A stretch of 64,000 nucleotides of DNA from Nitrospinaceae bacterium (GTDB lineage Bacteria; Nitrospinota; Nitrospinia; Nitrospinales; Nitrospinaceae): NCBI GenBank assembly GCA_965237905.1, contig OZ250172.1, positions 2,208,001 through 2,272,000 on the forward strand, written 5' to 3'. The position numbers were made by a program, and so were the translations under genes. Every line of letters starts with the position of its first letter. Position 1 is the stretch's first letter. Below, piece after piece: positions 50,614 to 61,639 of this stretch. The notes under the pieces are model-generated. The model was given only the letters and a program-made list of their open reading frames with translations. It made no database searches and had not been told where the DNA came from.

Positions 50614-50665
50614 ACGATGTAAGTTCATACTTAAAAGTCTACCAAGAGCGCGGGCACCGATTCAA
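50614..50665 (+). repeat. Direct repeat, right boundary of AT-rich island
   Basis: Near-identical to 48794-48844. Confidence 0.9.
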
Positions 50666-50831
50666 TAGTATACTATAAATGATTGATAAATAGGCTTTAA
50701 GAGGGGGTTGAACGGGAGGTCCCGGGCAAAGCAGGTGGTATTTATAAAAACAATCACTTATAATGTAATTTAAGTAACTTGAGTTTCTCATACATTCGGG
50801 GAACCTGTTTGGGACTTTCGGGTAATTCGCC

Positions 50832-51149
50832 ATGATCCAGCGATCAGAAAAATCCTACGGCACCGCGGTCAGTTTTGCGGGTGTGTTCGGTCTCTTGGGA
50901 ATCCAGCATTTCTATCTGGGCCGATATCTGCTGGGATTTTTCGATTTGGGTTTATCGGTCGGCGCCTTCGCATTTATTTTCCTGGGCGGATCTACCGAAG
51001 CCATCATAGTTGGAATGATTTTATTTTTGATCGATTTAGTGCATTCGATTTACGTGTTGGTAAAACTCTTGGCCGGAGAATACGAGGATGGAGAAGGCCG
51101 GTTGGTGATGTACCCCGGCCAGAAAATCCGTCCCGAAAATGTTATTTAA
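50832..51149 (+). CDS. TM2-domain protein
   Basis: GLLGIQHFYLG, DGEGR. Confidence 0.85.
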   Translation: MIQRSEKSYGTAVSFAGVFGLLGIQHFYLGRYLLGFFDLGLSVGAFAFIFLGGSTEAIIVGMILFLIDLVHSIYVLVKLLAGEYEDGEGRLVMYPGQKIRPENVI

Positions 51150-51167
51150 TTTCAATAGGAGGAGAAT

Positions 51168-51434
51168 ATGAATCAGGTAGCTACTGAACATCCATCAGGA
51201 ACCATGTCTCAGCAGGGGCAAATCAGTGACAAAGGGTACGTGCCCGCCATTTTGATTTGTTTTTTTCTCGGTGGAATCGGCGTCCATCGTTTCTGGGTAG
51301 GGAAAATCGGTACCGGAATTCTACAGTTGTTGACTCTCGGCGGTCTCGGAATCTGGACTCTGGTCGATTTTATAATGATCGTCTGTGGCAAATTCACCGA
51401 TAAACAAGGACGCCTCATCAAGTCTCAGGGTTAA
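51168..51434 (+). CDS. TM2-domain protein
   Basis: FLGGIGVHRFWVGK..TLGGLGIW.LVD. Confidence 0.9.
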   Translation: MNQVATEHPSGTMSQQGQISDKGYVPAILICFFLGGIGVHRFWVGKIGTGILQLLTLGGLGIWTLVDFIMIVCGKFTDKQGRLIKSQG

Positions 51435-51495
51435 CCCACCCGCATAAAGATTGCTCCAAACAGCGGCACTGTTTCTCCGGAAACGTGCCGCTGTT

Positions 51496-53052
51496 TTATT
51501 CCCACTCGATGGTGCCGGGGGGTTTGGAGCTGATGTCATAAACGACGCGGTTGACGCCTTTGACTTCGTTGATGATGCGGTTGGAAATTTTACCCAGGAG
51601 TTCGTAGGGAAGGGGCACCCAGTCGGCGGTCATGCCGTCGGTGCTGTTCACCGCGCGCAGGGCGACGACGTTTTCATAGGTCCGCGCGTCGCCCATCACG
51701 CCCACCGTTTTGACCGGCAAGAGTACTCCGAACGATTGCCAGATTTTTTTGTACAGTCCCGCCGCTTTGATTTCATCCAGAATAATCTTATCCGCCTCCT
51801 GCACGATGGTGATCCGCTCCGGCGTTACGTTGTCGATGATACGGATGGCCAGTCCCGGTCCGGGAAACGGTTGGCGGGAGATGATCTCGTCAGGCATGCC
51901 CATCTCGCGTCCCAGCGCGCGCACTTCGTCTTTGAACAACTCGCGCAGAGGTTCCACCAGTTCCATTTTCATGTTCTCCGGCAAGCCGCCGACGTTGTGG
52001 TGCGACTTGATCACCGCCGACGGACCTTTGAAGGAGACCGACTCGATCACGTCCGGGTACAGTGTGCCCTGCGCGAGGAACTTGAAGTCGCCCGCTTTCT
52101 TGGCTTCCTCCTCGAAGACGTGAATGAACGTGTTGCCGATGATCTTGCGTTTTTCTTCCGGATCGGTCACGCCCTTCAGCTTTTTCAGAAACCTCTGCGA
52201 TGCGTCGACGACCTTCAGGTTCATGTGAAAATGTTCGCGGAAGGTTTCTTCCACCTTGGTACGCTCCCCGGAGCGCAACAGCCCGTTGTCAACGAAGATA
52301 CAGATCAGCCTGTTGCCGATCGCCTTGTGCAGTAGCACGGCGACGACGGAAGAATCGACCCCGCCGCTCAGCCCTAACAGCACCTTGCCTTTTCCTACCT
52401 GGTCCTGAATACCTTTGATCGCATAATCGGCGAACGATTCCACTTTCCACAGCGGTTTGCATTTGCAGATATTAAAAAGAAAGTTCCGGATTATTTTGAT
52501 GCCTTCCTGGGTGTGGACCACCTCCGGGTGAAACTGCAGGCCGTAAATTTTGTCGATGTTGTTCTCCATGGCCGCTACCGGGGAGTTGTCGGTAAATGCC
52601 GTGGTCTGGAACCCTTTCGGCAATTTGGAGATACGGTCGCCATGGCTCATCCACACCACCGATTTGCTGTGGATATCTTTGAAGAGGTGGGAGAACGCTT
52701 TGACCATCAACTCGGCCCGGCCGAACTCACGTTCCTTTGCGGGATCGACCTCGCCCTCCAACAGGCGGGTGATCAACTGCATGCCGTAGCAGATGCCGAG
52801 TACCGGTACTCCCATCTTGAACAGTTTGGGGTCGACCAGCGGCGAGTCGTCTTCCATCACGCTGGCAGGTCCGCCCGACAAGATGATACCTTTCGGATTG
52901 AACGCCTCGATGGTTGAGAAATCGACCGTGCAAGGATGGATTTCGCAATACACCTCGCATTCGCGCACCTTGCGGGCGATGTTCTGTGTGTACTGCGATC
53001 CGAAATCGAGGATCAGGACTTTTTGCTCGTGGATGTCGTTGGTTTTGCTCAT
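51496..53052 (-). CDS. guaA: GMP synthase
   Basis: [37 protein letters not shown]. Confidence 0.98.
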   Translation of the reverse strand: MSKTNDIHEQKVLILDFGSQYTQNIARKVRECEVYCEIHPCTVDFSTIEAFNPKGIILSGGPASVMEDDSPLVDPKLFKMGVPVLGICYGMQLITRLLEGEVDPAKEREFGRAELMVKAFSHLFKDIHSKSVVWMSHGDRISKLPKGFQTTAFTDNSPVAAMENNIDKIYGLQFHPEVVHTQEGIKIIRNFLFNICKCKPLWKVESFADYAIKGIQDQVGKGKVLLGLSGGVDSSVVAVLLHKAIGNRLICIFVDNGLLRSGERTKVEETFREHFHMNLKVVDASQRFLKKLKGVTDPEEKRKIIGNTFIHVFEEEAKKAGDFKFLAQGTLYPDVIESVSFKGPSAVIKSHHNVGGLPENMKMELVEPLRELFKDEVRALGREMGMPDEIISRQPFPGPGLAIRIIDNVTPERITIVQEADKIILDEIKAAGLYKKIWQSFGVLLPVKTVGVMGDARTYENVVALRAVNSTDGMTADWVPLPYELLGKISNRIINEVKGVNRVVYDISSKPPGTIEWE

Positions 53053-53090
53053 ATAAGATATATTTTTCTTCTCAATAAATATTTACGGAA

Positions 53091-53157
53091 CCGTGTCACC
53101 CTGAGCTTGTCGAAGGGCGGCACGGTGTCATACTTCGACAGGCTCAGCATGACACCG
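53091..53157. repeat. Inverted pair of GTCACCCTGAGCTTGTCGAAG-type repeats
   Basis: GTGTCACCCTGAGCTTGTCGAAG ... CTTCGACAGGCTCAGCATGACAC. Confidence 0.85.
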
Positions 53158-53309
53158 AATTATTAAAATAAAAAAACCAACCGGACCGTTGGTTTGAAGC
53201 TGACAACTTATTACTTTTGCACTCTAGATGTTCCGCCAATGAACATCATGGCGAAAGATTTTTTCAATCGCGCCCTCAAGCCTCGGCGTATTGGCCCTGC
53301 GCCGAGCAG

Positions 53310-54773
53310 TTATTCAATATTGTAATTGGGGGCTTCCTTGGTGACGATCACGTCGTGCACGTGGCTTTCCCGCAGGCCGGACGGCGTGATCTTGATAAAC
53401 GTGGACTGGGTGCGCAACTCCTGAATATCTTTGCATCCGCAATATCCCATGCCGGCCCTCAGCCCGCCCAGCAGTTGGTGGACGGTGAACTCCACCGATC
53501 CCCGGTAGGGGATGCGCGCTTCGACACCTTCCGGCACCAGCTTGCTTTCGTTGAGCCCCCGTTCCTGGAAGTAGCGGTCGCTACTACCGTCGGACATCGC
53601 CGCGATCGATCCCATGCCGCGGTACTCTTTGTAACTTCGCCCCTGATACAGAATTTTTTCTCCCGGGCTCTCCTCGGTTCCGGCGAACAGGGACCCGATC
53701 ATCACGCTCGATGCTCCGGCGGCGATGGCTTTGGTGATGTCTCCCGAATGACGGATACCGCCGTCGGAGATGATAGGAATGTCTTTCGCTTCCGCCACCT
53801 CGACGCATTTTTTAACAGCGGTGATCTGCGGCACGCCGACGCCCGTCACCACGCGGGTGGTGCAGATTGATCCCGGCCCGATACCCACCTTTACCGCGTC
53901 CGCCCCGGCTTTGATCAATGCTTCGGTGCCCTCCACGGTGGCGACGTTACCGCCGATGAGTTGCAGTTTCGGAAATGTCTTTTTGATGGCCTCAATCGTC
54001 TTCAGCACCTTGTCCGAATGTCCGTGGGCGCTGTCGATCACCAGCACGTCGAGGCCTACCTCGGCCATTTCGCCGATGTGTTCCATATAGTCGGACGAAA
54101 CACCCAAGGCCGCACCCACCAGCAGACGGCCTTTGTCATCCTTCGCGGAGTTCGGGTACTCGGTCGATTTCAAAATATCTTTGAGGGTGAGTAAACCCTT
54201 CAGGTTGCCTTTGGCATCGACCACGGGCAATTTTTCGATGCGGTGATCGTGCAGAAGTTTTTTGGATTGGTCCAGCGAGAGGCCTTCTTTGATGGTGACC
54301 AGTTTGTCCTTGGTCATCAGGGTGGACAGTTTTTTGCTGTGCTGGGTTTCGAAACGGATATCCCGGTTGGTGAGAATGCCCACCAGTTTTTTGCTCTGTG
54401 TGATGGGGATACCGGTGATGCTGTATTTGTCCATGATCTCGAGCGCTTCGCCCAGCGTTTGGTCCGGTCCCAGAGTGATGGGGTCGTCGATGACCACGCT
54501 GACGGCGCGCTTGACGCGATCGATCATCTTGCGTTGCTGGTTGGGCGCCAAGTTGCGGTGGATGATACCGATACCGCCCTCCTGCGCCAGAGCGATCGCC
54601 ATGCTGGCCTCGGTGACCGTGTCCATCGGCGCGCTCAACAGCGGGCAGTTCAATTTGATTTTCTGGGTCAGACGGGTGCTCAGATCGACATCTGCGGGAA
54701 GCACCTTGGAGTAGGCCGGCAGGAGCAATACATCGTCAAATGTGAGGTAGGTTTCCGGTTCTTTCGTTGCCAT
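53310..54773 (-). CDS. guaB: IMP dehydrogenase
   Basis: [29 protein letters not shown] pair. Confidence 0.98.
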   Translation of the reverse strand: MATKEPETYLTFDDVLLLPAYSKVLPADVDLSTRLTQKIKLNCPLLSAPMDTVTEASMAIALAQEGGIGIIHRNLAPNQQRKMIDRVKRAVSVVIDDPITLGPDQTLGEALEIMDKYSITGIPITQSKKLVGILTNRDIRFETQHSKKLSTLMTKDKLVTIKEGLSLDQSKKLLHDHRIEKLPVVDAKGNLKGLLTLKDILKSTEYPNSAKDDKGRLLVGAALGVSSDYMEHIGEMAEVGLDVLVIDSAHGHSDKVLKTIEAIKKTFPKLQLIGGNVATVEGTEALIKAGADAVKVGIGPGSICTTRVVTGVGVPQITAVKKCVEVAEAKDIPIISDGGIRHSGDITKAIAAGASSVMIGSLFAGTEESPGEKILYQGRSYKEYRGMGSIAAMSDGSSDRYFQERGLNESKLVPEGVEARIPYRGSVEFTVHQLLGGLRAGMGYCGCKDIQELRTQSTFIKITPSGLRESHVHDVIVTKEAPNYNIE

Positions 54774-54884
54774 TTGTGTGTGGGAAGGGGGGCGAATCCG
54801 GTACAAAAGGTCCGCACCTGTTCACAAAAAGTAATTCTATCACGCCTCCCTGTCCGATTTCACATTATTTTTCTCTTACCCGTT

Positions 54885-54979
54885 TCCTGCCCGGAGGGGG
54901 AATATGCTGACCGTTTCCTCCGAGAGAATGTCACTGGGCGCAAATCGTAGGGCAAACTGGGTCCAGCGTTACGCTGGCC
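54885..54979 (+). repeat. Dispersed composite element copy
   Basis: TCCTGCCCGGAGGGGGAA ... TGGGTCCAGCGTTACGCTGG, matching 8239-8518. Confidence 0.7.
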
Positions 54980-55012
54980 CCTCAGGGCAGGAGTGTGTTA
55001 ACCTGATTATCT

Positions 55013-56458
55013 ATGAAACTTAAATCTCTATTCCAAATTTTGGTCGTAGGAATGGCGTTGTGCTGGGCCAGCGGGGCCTACGCGGTGCCGATTACGGATA
55101 CCGATGATTGGTCCGGTACCTATTACAAGGGTAACAAAATCGGTTTCAATCATGGCCGGGTCGAGGTGCGGCCGGGCAACATCGATGTCCATACCAAAAT
55201 GTATTTCCGGCTGAAATCGGGCAAGCAGGACCAATCGACGATATTAACCCAGGACACCACGCTGACTCCGGATTTGCGCTTGAAACATTTCGTCCTGCTC
55301 CAGGAAATCATGGGCAAACGGCAGGAGGTAGTGGGACGGGTCGAAGGCTCCAAGCTGATTGTGGAAGTCAGCGGCCGCGGGTTCCATAGAGAACAGTCGA
55401 TCGACTTCCCCCCGGGTATTCACCCCTCGGCCACCGTTTGGCTGACTATCATGAAAAACGGGCTTGAGGTCGGCAAGAAAGGCAAGCTCAAGCTGTTCCT
55501 CGAAGCGTTTCGGATGGTTATGCCCATGACCTATGAGATTTTGAGAAAAGAGACGATCCAATTTGACGGCAAGAAGGTAGAGACCTTCGTCGTTCAGCAG
55601 AAATTTTCCGGAATGACCACTACGCTGTGGGCCAATGCCCAGGGCCATGTGCTTCGGGAACTGTCGCTCAATGATTTCGAGTCGATCAAGGAGACGAAAG
55701 AAGTAGCGATCCGCATGGACGACCAGCCGATGTCGGTCAGCAGTTTCATCACGCTCAGCCTGGTTAAAATCAAAAAACCCATCACCTCATCGGATAATAA
55801 GGGAAGGCTGAAACTGAAACTTTCCAATGTGCACGGACCCAAGTCCATTCCGCAGGACCATCGGCAGAAGGTCCTCAAAACCGAAAAAAAAGGGGAGGAG
55901 TCCTACACCACCACCCTGCTGATCGAGCGGGAGCCGAGGGCGCCGGTCAAACTGGTGTCTCTGCCGGTCCCCACGAGCCGGTATAGGGATTACTTGAAGG
56001 ACGCACCTGAAATCCAGGTCCAGCATCCTATGATCCAAACCCTGGCACAGGATCTGGTGGCGGGGCAGAAGGATGCCTGGCAAGCCGCCAAGCTCATCAG
56101 CACCTGGGTCTATGACAACCTCGACAAAGTGCTGGTGGATTCCTTCACTGCGCTGGATGCCCTGCACGACCGGCGCGGCGAATGCCAGTCCCACACCAAC
56201 CTGTTCACCGCGCTGGCGCGGGCGGCAGGCATTCCCACCAAGGTCGTCAATGGATTGGTGTACTCCCAGGAGTTCAAAGGATTCCTCTACCATGCCTGGC
56301 CGGAAGTCTGGGTCGGCGAATGGCGGGCGCTGGACCCCACCCTGGGCCAGCATCATGTGGACGCCACCCACATCAAGCTCTCCGAAGGCAATTACGCCGG
56401 GGCGCTGAAGCTGATGGAATTCATCGGCCAGGTTAATATTGAGCTGTTAGAGCAGTAG
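55013..56458 (+). CDS. Exported transglutaminase-like domain protein
   Basis: GECQSH, ALARAAGIP, HAWPEV, LDPT (Cys-His-Asp triad). Confidence 0.88.
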   Translation: MKLKSLFQILVVGMALCWASGAYAVPITDTDDWSGTYYKGNKIGFNHGRVEVRPGNIDVHTKMYFRLKSGKQDQSTILTQDTTLTPDLRLKHFVLLQEIMGKRQEVVGRVEGSKLIVEVSGRGFHREQSIDFPPGIHPSATVWLTIMKNGLEVGKKGKLKLFLEAFRMVMPMTYEILRKETIQFDGKKVETFVVQQKFSGMTTTLWANAQGHVLRELSLNDFESIKETKEVAIRMDDQPMSVSSFITLSLVKIKKPITSSDNKGRLKLKLSNVHGPKSIPQDHRQKVLKTEKKGEESYTTTLLIEREPRAPVKLVSLPVPTSRYRDYLKDAPEIQVQHPMIQTLAQDLVAGQKDAWQAAKLISTWVYDNLDKVLVDSFTALDALHDRRGECQSHTNLFTALARAAGIPTKVVNGLVYSQEFKGFLYHAWPEVWVGEWRALDPTLGQHHVDATHIKLSEGNYAGALKLMEFIGQVNIELLEQ

Positions 56459-56787
56459 CATCCCTCCCGCAATCCCTTGCATTTTATACGAAAACCGACC
56501 ACCCAAAATTTATCCACAGGCTTCCAATGTCTAAATGAGGTGGTTTAAAAGGGCTATAGGCTGGTTATCCTCATTTCATGGGAGAATAAACGGTAGGCAT
56601 GCTTTTCAAGCTTATTTGATATGCTGAAAGCGCTCGACACCCCCGGAAAACCCTGTTATCTCTGTGAATTACGCACCTTCCACAGCTGCTTTAATTTTCC
56701 CTATCTATCAGATTTAAAAGGAGCTATAACGTAACTACCTAAATTCAAAGGGATTTAAAACACGCCACATTGAGTAGACGGTTTTTG

Positions 56788-56818
56788 AGTTGACACCCCA
56801 ATATATAGTGATATGTTT
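56788..56818 (+). promoter_or_regulatory. sigma70 promoter with NrdR box as spacer, copy 1
   Basis: TTGACA-CCCCAATATATAGTGA-TATGTT. Confidence 0.75.
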
Positions 56819-56848
56819 GATATTCGGCTTACTAGCGTCGCCAAAAAA

Positions 56849-56985
56849 AATCCCTATAGAGTTTGGTACTTTGGAGGGTACGGACTCTATAGGGATTGAG
56901 TTGGCACATCCTATTTATCTTGGTTTGACAGAAGGACAGCCCACTGCCTTTTACAAAATTTGTTGGTCCTCTGTCAAATTTTTTT
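56849..56985 (+). ncRNA. Candidate structured leader or sRNA ending in terminator-like hairpin
   Basis: 14-bp stem 56849-56862/56884-56897; stem 56924-56932/56970-56978 followed by T7. Confidence 0.4.
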
Positions 56986-57011
56986 AAAATTATTTGTTAA
57001 ACGGAGGGTTT

Positions 57012-57221
57012 ATGTACAGGCAGGTAACTACTGTAAAAGTTAGAACGATTTGTGATGGTTGTTGGAATGAAAATATTAATAATTTTGAACCCTCAGGTAT
57101 TCCTGGAGAAATCCGCTGTTCTTGTGGAACTATAAATTATCGAGATGTTTTTCCAGAATTTACGTCCACTGACGGAGTTTTATATTTTAAGATTATCAAT
57201 TCTGTGTACATTCAAAATTAA
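57012..57221 (+). CDS. Small Cys-containing protein (CxxC...CxC), 69 aa
   Basis: GGAGG RBS; CDGC and CSCG. Confidence 0.55.
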   Translation: MYRQVTTVKVRTICDGCWNENINNFEPSGIPGEIRCSCGTINYRDVFPEFTSTDGVLYFKIINSVYIQN

Positions 57222-57272
57222 TACTTTGCAATTGTTTAAAATGTTGATTGTTGGGAATTGGAGCAACAGGTA

Positions 57273-57288
57273 GCCCCATATGTTGTGG
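57273..57288. promoter_or_regulatory. NrdR-like box
   Basis: GCCCCATATGTTGTGG vs consensus acaCwAtATaTwGtgt. Confidence 0.45.
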
Positions 57289-57639
57289 TGCTATATTTAA
57301 TTTCCCTATATGATTTTTTAGATTTTTAATATATTGAAAAATTGATAGTTCCAATTTTTAAAAAACTTTCCACAGTTTACTAAGGCAGAAATTAAGGGAA
57401 TTAGCCCCCTTCCTAACTTTTCCCTCTGTTTTTTATTTGGTAAATCATAAAGAGAAACTTACCAAGCCCAACTTAGGCTCTCCATCAATATAACCCCTTC
57501 TCAAACCCCAAGAAACCAAGTTAATAATTAATTAATTTAGATTTTTACCTATTTCTAGCTTTAAGTAAAAAAGAGCTAAATTTATAAACCCTTATGGCTA
57601 AAAGGGTTGAAAAGTCGACGCAATTTATGGGTAAATTTC

Positions 57640-57695
57640 AGTTGACACCACAATATATAGTGGTATGTTTATCAACAAGATACCAAGTTTGGTAT
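57640..57695 (+). promoter_or_regulatory. nrdJ promoter with tandem NrdR boxes
   Basis: TTGACA-CCACAATATATAGTGG-TATGTT; second degenerate box ATACCAAGTTTGGTAT starting 32 bp later. Confidence 0.85.
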
Positions 57696-57754
57696 TGACA
57701 TAGGCTTTATGCTGGAACTGCGTAAGCAGTTCCAGCATAAAGCCTATGTCAATA
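57693..57754. repeat. Perfect 29-bp inverted repeat with GTAA loop
   Basis: TATTGACATAGGCTTTATGCTGGAACTGC-GTAA-reverse complement. Confidence 0.95.
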
Positions 57755-57895
57755 AAATGTGACTGAACTGAATTCAATTAGCTCTAGATCTTTAATAAGC
57801 ATAAAGTTACGACATTAAAAGTATAAAAAAATTCCTCGATAGGGAAACTATCGAGGAATTAGAAACTTTATTTAAGCTACTTTTTGGAGAGATTC

Positions 57896-60800
57896 ATGCA
57901 TATTCACCGCGCTTTTACCCAGGGTTTAGACGATGCCTACAGTGGCCTCACTTTTGAAGAACGGACCTCGAGAATTATCAACGCCGACGGTTCGGTAGTT
58001 TCTGAGATCGATAATGTAGGTGTGCCCAGTATGTGGTCACAGATGGCGGTGGACATCATGGCCCAGAAATATTTCCGCAAAGCCGGTGTTCCGGCACGCA
58101 CCAAAAAGCGATATGAAGCGGGTGTTCCCGAATGGCTGTGTCCTTCCGAAGCGGATATCGAAGCTCTTTCCCAACTGCCCGAAGGGGAACGGTTTGGAAG
58201 CGAGACTGATTCGCGCCAAGTGTTTCGCCGGCTGGCCGGGTGCTGGACCTACTGGGGATGGAAGAGCGGATGCTTCAGCAATGAAGATGCCGCCCGCGCT
58301 TATTATGACGATATGCGTTACATGTTGGCCCACCAGTATGCCGCGCCCAATTCCCCGCAGTGGTTCAACACCGGATTGAACTGGGCTTACGGAGTTGAAG
58401 GACCGGCGCAGGGCCATTACTTCACCAATCCGGAAACCGGCCTGCCCGAAAAATCGAAAACCGCCTACGAACGGCCGCAACCGCATGCCTGCTTCATTCT
58501 TTCCGTCAGCGATGACTTGGTGAACGAAGGCGGCATCATGGACCTGTGGCAACAGGAAGCGCGTCTATTCAAATACGGGTCCGGTACTGGCACCAATTTT
58601 TCGAAACTGCGCGGAGCGGGAGAATCCTTGTCCGGCGGTGGCCAATCGTCCGGCCTGATGAGTTTTCTGAAGATCGGTGACCGCGCGGCAGGCGCCATCA
58701 AATCCGGCGGCACCACACGCCGCGCCGCCAAGATGGTTACCCTCGACATCGACCACCCCGATATCGAAGAGTTCATCGAATGGAAAGTTAAGGAAGAGCG
58801 CAAAGTCGCCGCACTGGCGGTGGGGAGCAAGTTGTGCCGCAAGCATCTCAAGAACGTTTTGCAGTCCTGCTGGGACTGGAATGACGAAGAGAACCGGTTC
58901 AACATTCACTCCAATAAGAAACTGCGCAAGGCAGTGCGGGCAGCGGTGCGCGATTTCATTCCGGAAAACTATCTGTACCGCATCATCCAGTTGGGGACGC
59001 AGGGCGTGCGCGACGTCGAGTTCGAGGAATACGACACCAATTGGACCTCGGAAGCCTACCAGACGGTATCGGGCCAGAACTCCAACAACTCGGTGCGCCT
59101 GACCAACGATTTTTTGAAGGCGGTCGAAAACGACAGGACGTGGGACCTCACCTCCCGCACCAGCGGCAAAGCGGTTAAAACCGTAAAAGCCCGCGATTTG
59201 TGGGAGAAGGTCAACGAATCGTCCTGGGCCTCTGCAGATCCCGGCGTGCAGTTCGACACCACGGTCAACGAGTGGCATACCTGTCCGGAAGGCGGCCGCA
59301 TCAACGCGTCCAATCCCTGCTCGGAATACATGTTTTTGGACGACACCGCGTGCAACCTCGCTTCGATCAACCTGATCCAGTTTTATAACGAGGAGAGCGG
59401 ACAATTCGACGTGCCCCGGTTCATCGAAGCCTGCCGGTTGTGGACGCTGACGCTTGAAATTTCCGTGGCCATGGCGCAGTTTCCGAACAAGGCCATCGCG
59501 CAGAAAAGTTATGAGTACCGCACTCTGGGTCTCGGTTACGCTAACCTCGGAACCCTGCTGATGGTTCAGGGGATTGCTTACGATTCGAAAGAAGCGCTGG
59601 CCATCACCGGTGCGATCACGGCATTGATGACGGGTACCTCGTACGCCATGTCCGCCGAAATGGCGGCCGAGCTGGGGCCGTTCTCACGGTACGAGGCCAA
59701 CAAGAAACACATGTTGCGGGTGATCCGTAACCATCGCCGCGCCGCTTACAACTGCGATTCCTACGAGTACGAAGGCCTCACCACCTTCCCGCAGGGCATC
59801 GACGCCGCGTATTGTCCCGAATATCTCCGGACCGCGGCGGTAGAGTCGTGGGACCGCGCTCTGGAGTTGGGTGTTCGTCACGGCTACCGCAATGCACAGA
59901 CCACCTGTATCGCCCCGACCGGCACCATCGGCTTGTTGATGGATTGCGACACCACAGGCATCGAGCCCGACTTCGCACTGGTCAAGTATAAGAAACTGGC
60001 AGGTGGGGGTTACTTTAAGATCATCAACCAATCGGTGCCCATGGCGCTGAGGAAGCTGGGATATCTGGAACCGGAGATCAATGATATCGTCAGCTATTGC
60101 GTGGGTTCGGGTAGTCTCGCCATGTCCCCGATCATCAACCACGAATCGTTGAGGTCCAAAGGCTTTACCGACGAGGTGCTGGAGAAGGTAGAAAAAGAAT
60201 TACCGAAAGCGTTCGACATAACGTTTGCCTTCAACAGACATGTTATCGGGGAGACCTTCTGCAAGGAGACTCTAGGCATCAAAGAAGAGTTGTTGGACGA
60301 TTTCAGATTCAACATGCTCAAGTATTTGGGATTCTCCGATGACGACATCTGCATGGCCAACGACGCGGTGTGCGGCACCATGACTATTGAAGGCGCGCCG
60401 CACTTGGATGAAAAACATTACCCGATCTTCGACTGCGCCAACAAGTGCGGCAAGTACGGCAAGCGGTTTATCCGTCACGAAGCGCATATTCATAAAATGG
60501 CCGCCGCCCAGCCGTTTATTTCCGGCGCGATCTCCAAGACCATCAACATGCCCAACAGCTCCTCGGTCAAGGAGGTGGAAACCGCTCACATGCAATCGTG
60601 GAAATTGATGCTCAAAGGAACGGCGGTTTATCGCGATGGGTCCAAACTCAGCCAGCCGCTCAACAGTGTGGCGGCAGACGACTTCAAGCTGTCCACGCTG
60701 GAGGATGAAGAGGAAAAAACGCCTCTCAAGGTGGCGGAGGAAATGGTGCAACAGGTCATGAAGCGCCATACCCTGCCTCACCGCCGGAAAGGCTACACGC

Positions 60801-61537
60801 AAAAAGCGGTGGTTGGCGGACACAAGGTGTATCTGCGCACAGGTGAATACCACGACGGCACGTTGGGTGAAATTTTCATCGACATGCACAAGGAAGGCGC
60901 GGCCTACAGAAGTTTGATGAACTGCTTCGCCATCGCCATTTCCCTCGGCCTGCAACACGGCGTGCCGCTTGAAGAATTTGTCGATGCGTTCGTCTTTACC
61001 CGGTTCGAGCCCAACGGCATCGTGACCGGCAATGACCGAATTTCCATGTCGACTTCGACGATTGATTATATTTTCCGGGAGCTTGCCATCAATTACCTGG
61101 GTCGGAACGATCTGGCCCAGGTAACTCCTGAAGACCTGCGCTCCGACGCACTTCAGAAAAACGAAGAGATGTCGCCAGGAGATCAAAAAGGACAGGAAGC
61201 AGGAGACGAGGGCAAGATCATAGAGCTGGACTTGGGAGTCGAAGAAGAACCGACGGACTCGCCGACCGAAACATCAGAGCCTCATCCGGTTGACGGGAAT
61301 GGCAACGGTCATGGAAAATCCAACGGTGGATCCAATGGAGGCACCAACGGCGGTATGGCCGTTCAGGCCCTGGGAACCGTGGTTCTCACCAACCGCAGTA
61401 CGAAAAACGGCTCCGCGTTAGCCAAGTTGAAAGGTTACGAAGGTGACCCGTGCGGTGAGTGCGGTCAACTCACCCTGGTCCGAAACGGCACCTGCTTGAA
61501 ATGTTTGTCCTGCGGTGCAACGTCCGGGTGTTCATAA
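57896..61537 (+). CDS. nrdJ: Vitamin B12-dependent (class II) ribonucleotide reductase
   Basis: [35 protein letters not shown]-terminal TSCPD-like region and CxxC..CxxC. Confidence 0.96.
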   Translation: MHIHRAFTQGLDDAYSGLTFEERTSRIINADGSVVSEIDNVGVPSMWSQMAVDIMAQKYFRKAGVPARTKKRYEAGVPEWLCPSEADIEALSQLPEGERFGSETDSRQVFRRLAGCWTYWGWKSGCFSNEDAARAYYDDMRYMLAHQYAAPNSPQWFNTGLNWAYGVEGPAQGHYFTNPETGLPEKSKTAYERPQPHACFILSVSDDLVNEGGIMDLWQQEARLFKYGSGTGTNFSKLRGAGESLSGGGQSSGLMSFLKIGDRAAGAIKSGGTTRRAAKMVTLDIDHPDIEEFIEWKVKEERKVAALAVGSKLCRKHLKNVLQSCWDWNDEENRFNIHSNKKLRKAVRAAVRDFIPENYLYRIIQLGTQGVRDVEFEEYDTNWTSEAYQTVSGQNSNNSVRLTNDFLKAVENDRTWDLTSRTSGKAVKTVKARDLWEKVNESSWASADPGVQFDTTVNEWHTCPEGGRINASNPCSEYMFLDDTACNLASINLIQFYNEESGQFDVPRFIEACRLWTLTLEISVAMAQFPNKAIAQKSYEYRTLGLGYANLGTLLMVQGIAYDSKEALAITGAITALMTGTSYAMSAEMAAELGPFSRYEANKKHMLRVIRNHRRAAYNCDSYEYEGLTTFPQGIDAAYCPEYLRTAAVESWDRALELGVRHGYRNAQTTCIAPTGTIGLLMDCDTTGIEPDFALVKYKKLAGGGYFKIINQSVPMALRKLGYLEPEINDIVSYCVGSGSLAMSPIINHESLRSKGFTDEVLEKVEKELPKAFDITFAFNRHVIGETFCKETLGIKEELLDDFRFNMLKYLGFSDDDICMANDAVCGTMTIEGAPHLDEKHYPIFDCANKCGKYGKRFIRHEAHIHKMAAAQPFISGAISKTINMPNSSSVKEVETAHMQSWKLMLKGTAVYRDGSKLSQPLNSVAADDFKLSTLEDEEEKTPLKVAEEMVQQVMKRHTLPHRRKGYTQKAVVGGHKVYLRTGEYHDGTLGEIFIDMHKEGAAYRSLMNCFAIAISLGLQHGVPLEEFVDAFVFTRFEPNGIVTGNDRISMSTSTIDYIFRELAINYLGRNDLAQVTPEDLRSDALQKNEEMSPGDQKGQEAGDEGKIIELDLGVEEEPTDSPTETSEPHPVDGNGNGHGKSNGGSNGGTNGGMAVQALGTVVLTNRSTKNGSALAKLKGYEGDPCGECGQLTLVRNGTCLKCLSCGATSGCS

Positions 61538-61574
61538 GTTAATCCCCTCCGAATCGTCCGGAGCATCGTGGCTT

Positions 61575-61625
61575 AAGGGCCAGATCCTTATTTACCCTGC
61601 CAAAGTAAGGATCTGGCCTTTTCTT
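61575..61625. terminator. Hairpin terminator between convergent genes
   Basis: GGCCAGATCCTTA...TAAGGATCTGGCC then TTTT. Confidence 0.7.
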
Positions 61626-61639
61626 ATTTGAAACCCGCT

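Noticed and set aside
50753..50780. dif-like 11-6-11 sequence near the island edge
   Set aside because: Four mismatches in the XerD arm in AT-rich DNA; could be chance
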